A stretch of 64,000 nucleotides of DNA from Candidatus Dormiibacterota bacterium. Its GTDB lineage: Bacteria; Chloroflexota; Dormibacteria; Dormibacterales; Dormibacteraceae. The translations under genes and the position numbers were made by a program. Positions 57,468 to 64,000 of this stretch are shown here, one piece after another. The stretch lies in the NCBI GenBank assembly GCA_039935415.1, contig JBDTKH010000032.1, positions 44,830-108,829 on the forward strand. The letters are read 5' to 3'. How positions within the stretch are numbered: the first letter of the stretch is position 1; each line of letters begins with the position of its first letter. Below the pieces are notes generated by a model. That model ran no database searches and was not told the DNA's origin. It worked only from the letters and a program-made list of their open reading frames with translations.

Positions 57468-60334
57468 GCTCGCTTGATGCCGATCCAGATCTGCTCTCCT
57501 TCGAGCATCATCTGCTCGCCGTTGAAATCGTCAGCGCGGCCCGGCTCGAGCGTCGTCGACAGCGTCTCGGCCTTGATGTAGTCGGCGTGGCGCTCCATGG
57601 CCCGCACCAGCATCCCATCCGCGACGTAGCGCGTGTGGATGCGGTCTTCGACGTTAAGACCGACCTTCTTCCGGCGGTCCTGTATCGCGCGGACGACCTC
57701 CCGCGCCAGGCCTTCGAGTCGCAGCGCCTCGGTGATCTCGGTGTCGAGCTTGGGCTCCGGCGCTCCGAAGATCAGGCTCTTGACGTTCAGCTCGTCGCGG
57801 ACGATCGCGGCGATGTCCTCCGGAAGCGGGTCACCCGGCAGCGCGAAGGAGGCCAGGGGCTGGCGCACCTTCAGGCGCGCCGCGTCGCGCGCCGCAAGCC
57901 CGGCCTCCACCGCCTGTCTCGCGCGCGCCATGTCGAGCTCGACTTGCGCGTCCTGGTAAGGCTGTGCCTCCGGGAAGTCGCTCAGGTGCACCGACTGATC
58001 GCCCGAGAGGTTGCGGTAGATGGCGTCGGACGTGAACGGGGCAAACGGCGCCATCAGCTGGCACACGGTGCGCAGCGTCTCGTACAGGGTCTGATAGGCC
58101 GCCAGCTTGTCGCGGTCCGACTGCGACTTCCAGAACCTCCGGCGCGAGCGGCGGATGTACCAGTTCGATAGGTCGTCGACGAATCGCTGGATCTTGCGGG
58201 CCGGCTCGTTCGCGTCGTAGCTGTCGAGCCCGTCGGTGACCGCGGCGACCAGTCCGCTCAGTCTGGAGAGCAGCCACCGATCCAGCACATGCAGGTCGGC
58301 GAGGGGAAGCGTCGCCTTCGCTGGGTCGAACCCGTCGAGGCGCGCGTACGTGACGAAGAAGGAGTAGCAGTTCCACAACGGGATGAAGAACTGCTGCACG
58401 GTCTCCCGTAGCGCAGCGTCGCCGGTGCGATAGTTCTCGCCTACCGGGGCGGCGGTGTAGAAGTACCAACGCACAGCGTCGGACCCAAACATGTCGAAGA
58501 GATAATTCGGGTCCAGGACGTTGCCGCGTGACTTCGATTGCTTCTTGCCTTTCGGGTCGACGACCAGGCCGAGACAGATGACGTTGCGGTACGCGTTCTG
58601 CTGGAACAGCAGCGTCGAGATCGCCAGCAGGGAGTAGAACCAGCCGCGGGTCTGGTCCATCGCCTCCGAGATGAAGTCAGCCGGGAAGGTGTCCTTGAAC
58701 TCCTTGTCTCCATGCCGCGGGTGGCCGCGCTGCGCGAACGGCATCGAGCCGGAGTCGAACCACGTGTCGAGCACCTCCGGCACGCGGCGCATCACGCCGT
58801 CGCACTTCTGGCACTTCAAGGTCACGGAGTCGATGTAGGGCCGGTGCAGGTCCGCGTCTTCTTTCAGGCCGAGCTCCTCGACCGAGCTCACGCACCGCTG
58901 CTCCTCGCACCCTTCACAGATCCAGAAGGGGAGTGGAGTGCCCCAGAAACGTGAACGCGAGATGGCCCAGTCCACGTTGTTCTCGAGCCAGTCCCCCATC
59001 CTGCCGGTCTTGATGTACGCCGGCACCCAGTTGGTCGCGGCATTGTTCGCGATGAGCTCGGCCTTGCGCTCGGTGGTCTTCACGTACCAGGAGTCGAGCG
59101 CGTAGTAGATGAGCGGGGTCTTGCAGCGCCAGCACTCGGGATACGTGTGCAGGATCGTCTCCGCCCTGTAGAGGAGGCCCCGGGCCTTGAGGTCGTCGAT
59201 GATCACAGGGTCCGCTTCCTTGACGTGCAGGCCGGCGAACTTCTCCACGTAGGGCAGGAACTTGCCGTCGAGTCCCACGGTGTGGCGGAAGGGAATGCCC
59301 TTCTCCTGGCACAGCCGCAGGTCGTCGACGCCATAGAGGGCGGACGTGTGAACGACGCCGGTGCCCTCCTCGGTGGAGACGAAGTCGGCATCCACGACGT
59401 ACTGCGCTCGGCCCTCTTCCGGCACCGAGTACGGGTACAGCGGCTCGTACTCCAGGCCCACAAGGTCGCTGCCCTTGAAACGGTCGACGACCTCCGGTGA
59501 GTTGTCCAACACCCCAAGCCTGGCCTCCGCCAGGATCAGGAAGTTGTCCTCGCCGTCCCTGACCTTGATGTAGTCGACATCATTGTCGACCGCCAGGGCC
59601 ACGTTGCCCGGCAGGGTCCAGGGCGTGGTCGTCCAGGCGAGGATGGCCGACTTTTCAAATCGCGTCCTGCGCGCGCCCGGCTGGTCCTTCTTGAGCCGGA
59701 ACCGGACGTAGACGCTGGGGTCGGGCACGTTGTCGCGGTATCCCTGGGCAAGCTCGTGGCTCGACAGGGGCGTCTGGCACCGCGAGCAGTAGGGCGCGAC
59801 GCGGAAGCCCTTGTAGACGAGGCCCTGCTTCCACATCTCGCTAAGCGCCCACCAGACCGACTGGATGTAGTCGGTGGTCAGTGTCCAGTAAGCGTTGTCG
59901 TAGTCGAGCCAGAAACCCATGCGCTCGCTGAACGCGACCCAGTCCGTGACGTACTCGTACACGCTGGCTCGGCAAAGCTCGTTGAACTTCTCGACGCCGA
60001 TTTCGTTCTCGATCTGGAACTTGCCCGAGATGTTGAGCTTCTTCTCGACCTCGATCTCCACGGGCAGGCCGTGCGTGTCCCAGCCCGCCTTGCGCTCCAC
60101 GTAGTAGCCCTTCATCGTCTTGTAGCGGCCGAAGAGGTCCTTGAAGGCCCGCGCGAGGATGTGGTGGGTCGCAGGTTTGCCGTTGGCCGTGGGCGGACCC
60201 TCGTAGAAGACAAACCGCGGGTTGCCTTCGCGCAGCTCCAGCGATTTCTGGAAGGTGCGTTCCTCCTTCCAGCGCGCCATGAGCTGAGTCTCAAGCTCGG
60301 GAAAGCTGACCTTCGGTACGGCGGGTTCGAACAA
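57464..60334 (-). CDS. ileS: Isoleucine--tRNA ligase
   Basis: 956 aa class I synthetase, KQSKSRGN (KMSKS-type) motif, editing domain. TTG start preceded by GGAG. Confidence 0.95.
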   Translation of the reverse strand: MFEPAVPKVSFPELETQLMARWKEERTFQKSLELREGNPRFVFYEGPPTANGKPATHHILARAFKDLFGRYKTMKGYYVERKAGWDTHGLPVEIEVEKKLNISGKFQIENEIGVEKFNELCRASVYEYVTDWVAFSERMGFWLDYDNAYWTLTTDYIQSVWWALSEMWKQGLVYKGFRVAPYCSRCQTPLSSHELAQGYRDNVPDPSVYVRFRLKKDQPGARRTRFEKSAILAWTTTPWTLPGNVALAVDNDVDYIKVRDGEDNFLILAEARLGVLDNSPEVVDRFKGSDLVGLEYEPLYPYSVPEEGRAQYVVDADFVSTEEGTGVVHTSALYGVDDLRLCQEKGIPFRHTVGLDGKFLPYVEKFAGLHVKEADPVIIDDLKARGLLYRAETILHTYPECWRCKTPLIYYALDSWYVKTTERKAELIANNAATNWVPAYIKTGRMGDWLENNVDWAISRSRFWGTPLPFWICEGCEEQRCVSSVEELGLKEDADLHRPYIDSVTLKCQKCDGVMRRVPEVLDTWFDSGSMPFAQRGHPRHGDKEFKDTFPADFISEAMDQTRGWFYSLLAISTLLFQQNAYRNVICLGLVVDPKGKKQSKSRGNVLDPNYLFDMFGSDAVRWYFYTAAPVGENYRTGDAALRETVQQFFIPLWNCYSFFVTYARLDGFDPAKATLPLADLHVLDRWLLSRLSGLVAAVTDGLDSYDANEPARKIQRFVDDLSNWYIRRSRRRFWKSQSDRDKLAAYQTLYETLRTVCQLMAPFAPFTSDAIYRNLSGDQSVHLSDFPEAQPYQDAQVELDMARARQAVEAGLAARDAARLKVRQPLASFALPGDPLPEDIAAIVRDELNVKSLIFGAPEPKLDTEITEALRLEGLAREVVRAIQDRRKKVGLNVEDRIHTRYVADGMLVRAMERHADYIKAETLSTTLEPGRADDFNGEQMMLEGEQIWIGIKRA

Positions 60335-60545
60335 TCTCTACTCCACAGAGAAACGTATTGACGGTCTCTGGGACGGGCCCTTCAGGAGGCCCGCGGTACC
60401 ACCCAGATTCCCGAGGCCATCACCTCGGACTCTCGTTGGGTTGCGGCTCAGGAGTGATCTCGAAGCCGTCATCGGTCGCCAGCTTTCACCGTCCTGGCTC
60501 TCTGCGGACCGCTCAAACGGCTCTAACTTTCTCCGTCAACGCCGA
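60335..60545 (-). promoter_or_regulatory. T-box leader (Ile specifier) upstream of ileS
   Basis: Minus strand carries the T-box core AAUCUGGGUGGUACCGCGGG (reverse complement of 60391-60404 and flank), an AGAGAG box, and candidate specifier AUC followed by A (60458..60455). A downstream hairpin contains CCUCC complementary to the GGAG Shine-Dalgarno. No U-tract. Confidence 0.8.
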
Positions 60546-60580
60546 GCGAGCCTTGATTGTACCGTCCGGCGTCGCGTCGA

Positions 60581-61621
60581 TCAGTTGGCGGTTCCTGGCG
60601 CCATCGCCGTGTAGACGCCTTCACGCGCAGCCCACCATTTCGGGTCGTATCTCACCACGTGGCTGGTCCCCCAGGGAGCGGCCTGTTGTGCCCAGGCCGT
60701 GGTGGCCGCCTCCGCAGCCGCGGTGTCGCGCACGAAGAAGTACAGCTCGCGACGTCCGCCCCATGTGACGCGACCGAGCGCCACGGCATTCTCGCCGAGC
60801 GCCGACGTCAGCGCGTCCTCCATCTGGTTCAGTGATTCCGCCTCGACGTTTCCCGGCATTCCATTGCCGTCAGGCTCGCCAAGTCCGATGACGGCAATCA
60901 GGTGGTAGACGTGGTCGAGGTGGTTGATCTGCTTCAAGGCCATGTTGACATTGACCAGCACCGGACCGCCGTCGCGCGAACGCCCCTGTCCCAGTGTGTA
61001 TTGCTCGCCAGTTGCACGCATGCGCGCGGCTTCCACCGCGGCGACGAACTCGTTCAGCGAAACCGCATTCGGGGGCCTCGAGAGCACGGCCTGGAGGCTG
61101 CTGATCCACCTCTCGACCTCGTCCTCGCCCAGGCTCTGGTCAAGTGTCAGGAACAACGCCTGGCTCACCGCCTGCGGTGGCAGCTTGTGGAAGCGCGGGT
61201 GATACAGCCAGACGTTGAATCGCTCACGCGATTCGTCGTATTGATGTGCGACGGCGAACTCCTCAGGCGACAGGGAACTCCCTCCAATGTCCAGGCTCAG
61301 GACGGGCGATGCCTGGCGACTGGCGAAGTATTCCCACGTCTGGTCCCGTGGAGGCGCCGACGCCAGCCAGATCGCCGTGAGACGGCGCAGCCCGAGGTCT
61401 CCTTCTGGCGACACTGTGAGGGAGTGCTGCGCCGACCGGCCTGGTCCGAGCTCCCAGGCGAAGCCTGGATGCAGCCGCTTGACTGCGGCCGAGATGTCGT
61501 CAACCTCGTTCCGGACGGATTGGTTCGCGATCGCGGCCGCGATTCGGTGCTTCGCCGTGCCCCACCAGGTCCAGAACTCGGTGACCGCGTCGGGGCGAAG
61601 ATTGTCGGGTTGGTCGCTCAC
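60581..61621 (-). CDS. Hypothetical protein (C-terminal half DUF695/RraB-like by eye)
   Basis: 346 aa, no TM helix and no coiled coil. GTGA overlap with the yggT stop. Confidence 0.5.
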   Translation of the reverse strand: MSDQPDNLRPDAVTEFWTWWGTAKHRIAAAIANQSVRNEVDDISAAVKRLHPGFAWELGPGRSAQHSLTVSPEGDLGLRRLTAIWLASAPPRDQTWEYFASRQASPVLSLDIGGSSLSPEEFAVAHQYDESRERFNVWLYHPRFHKLPPQAVSQALFLTLDQSLGEDEVERWISSLQAVLSRPPNAVSLNEFVAAVEAARMRATGEQYTLGQGRSRDGGPVLVNVNMALKQINHLDHVYHLIAVIGLGEPDGNGMPGNVEAESLNQMEDALTSALGENAVALGRVTWGGRRELYFFVRDTAAAEAATTAWAQQAAPWGTSHVVRYDPKWWAAREGVYTAMAPGTAN

Positions 61622-61872
61622 GCGCCGGTGAAATTCCGCAGGGCGACGATCACGAAGTAGGCGGCGAGCGTCACCGCCAGGGGGGAAAGGTCCATGCCCG
61701 AGATCGGTGGGATCCAGCGCCGGACGGGGGCGAGGACGGGCTCCGTGACGCGGTAGGCGAGGCGGTACACCGAGTTGTTCGGGTACGGGCTCACCCAGGA
61801 GAAGGCGACCCGCACCAGCACGACGATGATGAAGGCGTAGAGGACGTAGATGAGGAAGGTCGCAATCAGCAT
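61618..61872 (-). CDS. yggT: YggT-family membrane protein
   Basis: 84 aa, two TM helices, VRVAFSWVSPYP...VTEPVLAPVRR motif. Confidence 0.85.
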   Translation of the reverse strand: MLIATFLIYVLYAFIIVVLVRVAFSWVSPYPNNSVYRLAYRVTEPVLAPVRRWIPPISGMDLSPLAVTLAAYFVIVALRNFTGA

Positions 61873-62549
61873 TCGTTACTACTACTCAGAGCGCGCGTGG
61901 CGCGAGGACCGAACAGCGCCTGACCCAATCGTAGCATCGTGCTTCCGGCGGCCAGCGCCGCCTCGAAGTCGACGCTCATCCCCATCGAAAGCACCGGCAG
62001 CTTCCTGCCCAGGCGCTGCTCGGCGTCGTCGCGCAGTATGCGCAGGTCGTCGAACGCGGGCCTGGGGTCGCGGTGCGAGGGGCCCATCGCCATCAGCCCC
62101 TGGAGGTCGAGCAGGCCTGCCACCTGCTCGATGAGCTCCGGCGCGGCGGACGGGTAGACGCCCGACTTCTGCGTCTCGCGGGCCACGTTCACCTCGACCA
62201 GGACCTGCTGGGTCGGGGCGAGCCGGGCGATCGCTTCGGCGACGTGCAGTGAGTCGACGGTCTGGATGAGCGCGAACTTTCCCGCGGCCAGGCGCACCTT
62301 GTTGCTTTGAAGGTGGCCGATCAGGTGCCAGAGCGCTGGCGGAACGTCGTCCATCTTGGCGAGCGCCTCGTGCACCCGGTTCTCTCCGAGCATGTTGAGG
62401 CCGGCGGCCAGCGCTTCCTTACAGGCATCCACCCCGAAGCCCTTGGTGACGGCGACGATGGCGACCTCGTCGGGATTCCTCCCCGTGGCGGCGATCCGGG
62501 CGCTCACGCGGGCGAGCCTCTCGACTACTGACGCGGCCTCGGTCGTCAT
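61866..62549 (-). CDS. yggS: YggS-family pyridoxal-phosphate homeostasis protein
   Basis: ATG 62549 (ATGA overlap with the pgeF stop). AVTKGF PLP-lysine motif, MGMSVDFEAA. The upstream part of the 342-aa track ORF is rejected. Confidence 0.88.
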   Translation of the reverse strand: MTTEAASVVERLARVSARIAATGRNPDEVAIVAVTKGFGVDACKEALAAGLNMLGENRVHEALAKMDDVPPALWHLIGHLQSNKVRLAAGKFALIQTVDSLHVAEAIARLAPTQQVLVEVNVARETQKSGVYPSAAPELIEQVAGLLDLQGLMAMGPSHRDPRPAFDDLRILRDDAEQRLGRKLPVLSMGMSVDFEAALAAGSTMLRLGQALFGPRATRALSSSNEC

Positions 62550-63256
62550 CGGAGCGCGACGATCGCGCCAAACCGGGTGCCGTCGGGGTCGCCCCGGTGT
62601 GAGGGAAGCACGGACGACTCCTTGGTGCAAAGGCCGAGCACGTGAACCTCGGACACCCCCGCCTCTTCGAGCTGAGCTCGGTTGGCCGCCGCCAGGTCGA
62701 GGAGGAATCGATCGTCGGGCCCGCTGGTCACGAATCGCGCGTCGAATTGAGACGCCACGTCCTCGCCGACCTCGTAGCACTTGCCGCAGATACCGGGGCC
62801 GATGCCCACGCGCATGTCCTTTGGCTCGGAGCCATACTCGCGTGCCATCGTCTCGACCACCGCGCCCGCGATGCCCGCTTGCGTGCCCCGCCACCCCGCG
62901 TGCGCGAGCCCAAGGGCGCGGTGCACGGGGTCCCAGAGCACGATCGGGTAGCAGTCCGCGAACGTGGCGAACAGCGCGACGCCCTTGCGGTCGGTCACCA
63001 GGCCGTCGGTGCGCTGCACCACGTCCCCCGGCTCATCAACCCGGGCCACCGTCGTGCCGTGGACCGCGCCGGCGGTCGTGAGCTCCATGTCGATCCCGAG
63101 TAGGCGCGCGAAGGCGCGACGTGACGCCAAAACAGGGACGGGGTCTGGCGCGTGCGTGAGCCCGACGGATCCGATGGCCATGGTGGAGAAGCCGTGCACA
63201 AAGCCGGCATCGTCGGCGAGCGCGGGGATCCTGAGCACGACCGGCGCGACACTCAC
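62546..63256 (-). CDS. pgeF: Peptidoglycan editing factor PgeF / YfiH (laccase-domain, Cu-oxidase_4) protein
   Basis: ADCYPIVLWDP, HAGWRG and CGKCYEVG motifs. Confidence 0.88.
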   Translation of the reverse strand: MSVAPVVLRIPALADDAGFVHGFSTMAIGSVGLTHAPDPVPVLASRRAFARLLGIDMELTTAGAVHGTTVARVDEPGDVVQRTDGLVTDRKGVALFATFADCYPIVLWDPVHRALGLAHAGWRGTQAGIAGAVVETMAREYGSEPKDMRVGIGPGICGKCYEVGEDVASQFDARFVTSGPDDRFLLDLAAANRAQLEEAGVSEVHVLGLCTKESSVLPSHRGDPDGTRFGAIVALR

Positions 63257-63290
63257 GTGTTTGAGCTTAGACGTCCGATGTGGAGATCAT

Positions 63291-63502
63291 TACCAGCGTC
63301 GCAGCGGCGGCCAGGTTCAACCCGGCCGCGACTTTGTCAAACCAGTCTGCCCCCGTCGCAAGGAGTAACTACTCCGAAAATCCCATGCCGGAAGATGAGC
63401 AGACTCGGCGGCGCAGCCGCTGGGTCGATGCAATCAGTGAGTTGCGGTAGCGCGTCCAACTCGCGCCTGGCGCGCAGAAGGAACCGCTGGTTCCTTCTCA
63501 TA
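63291..63502 (-). repeat. Structured intergenic element, copy E
   Basis: Reverse complement reads tatgagaaggaacc-agc-ggttccttct..; ..ctgctcatcttccggcatgggattttcggagtagttactcct..; gacaaagtcgcggccggg-ttgaa-cctggccgc (one G.U); ..gcgacgctggta. Starts 5 nt after the nrdR stop. Confidence 0.85.
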
Positions 63503-63507
63503 CGTTC

Positions 63508-63969
63508 CTACGAACGTCTGGAACTCAGTACCTGTTCGATCTCTTTTTTGACTTGCTGCAGGTCCATGAACTCCCGGTAGACGGAGGCGAAGCGGATGTA
63601 CGCGACTTCGTCCAGGTCGCGCAACCTGACCATGACCATCTCGCCGATCTCGCCGCTTGGGATCTCGACACGTCCCGAGCGACGCAACTCGGCCTCGATG
63701 TCGTCGACGATCGCGCGCAGACGCTCCGGCGAGATGTCGCGCTTCTCGGTGGCCTTCTTCAGGCCGGTGAACAGCTTCTGCGGGTCGAAGTCCTCGCGGC
63801 GGCCGTCCTTCTTGGTGACGAAGAACGGGACGGTCTCGATGCGCTCGTACGTGGTGAATCGCTGCCCGCACTGCAGGCACTCGCGCCTCCGGCGGATCGC
63901 CTCCCCGACTTCAGAGTCGCGTGAGTCGACCACCTTCAGGTCGTGATGTCCGCAGTACGGGCAGCGCAT
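63508..63969 (-). CDS. nrdR: Transcriptional repressor NrdR
   Basis: MRCPYCGHHDLKVVDSRD zinc ribbon plus ATP-cone, 153 aa. Confidence 0.95.
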   Translation of the reverse strand: MRCPYCGHHDLKVVDSRDSEVGEAIRRRRECLQCGQRFTTYERIETVPFFVTKKDGRREDFDPQKLFTGLKKATEKRDISPERLRAIVDDIEAELRRSGRVEIPSGEIGEMVMVRLRDLDEVAYIRFASVYREFMDLQQVKKEIEQVLSSRRS

Positions 63970-64000
63970 GTATCTCCTTGGTCTCTACATCCGGTTGCGT

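Overview
High-GC bacterial chromosomal segment (roughly two-thirds G+C by eye, not computed). It is almost entirely housekeeping genes, in an order typical of Actinomycetota and related high-GC Terrabacteria.

Gene content, in order:
- 1-12.4 kb, minus strand: rpmE, DUF1385, prfA, prmC, tsaC, glyA, wecA-like, atpZ/atpI, atpBEFHAGD.
- Next: an M50 protease, a beta-propeller lipoprotein, glpX, pyrG, argS, an HtrA-like protein, tRNA-Thr, a frameshifted DinB gene, a GT87 glycosyltransferase and dnaK.
- Then a DUF3090/SCO1664 pair, a five-gene Liv-type ABC transporter, MaoC/acyl-CoA dehydrogenase genes, fabI and sseA.
- Then ctaB-ctaA plus a Sco1-TlpA fusion, PLD, LOG, an F420-type DDN reductase, a hybrid histidine kinase, tmRNA and smpB.
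- Finally def-fmt, priA, coaBC, gmk, rluD, lspA, a T-box-controlled ileS, yggT-yggS-pgeF and nrdR.

I found no CRISPR array, transposase, integrase or recognisable defence island.

The most interesting signals are non-coding or subtle:
1. A structured 165-225 nt intergenic element I do not recognise. It has five full copies, and possibly a truncated sixth. Every copy is co-oriented with the upstream gene and starts just after its 3' end. Stems covary, and the non-canonical pairs are G.U on the sense strand only.
2. A 46-nt UUCG-hairpin repeat present twice at operon junctions.
3. An HtrA-family protein in which all three catalytic-triad positions appear substituted.
4. Gene junctions where the conserved N-terminus can only be reached from CTG, ATA or ATC codons. 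Several of these sit in the same 4-nt stop/start overlap geometry that the canonical ATGA/GTGA junctions use.
5. A natural Sco1-TlpA fusion, and a small low-GC islet encoding an RNase H-like protein and an Arg-rich protein.

Many long ORFs in the track are antisense or out-of-frame GC shadows and were rejected. All homology calls come from motif recognition by eye. No database search was run.
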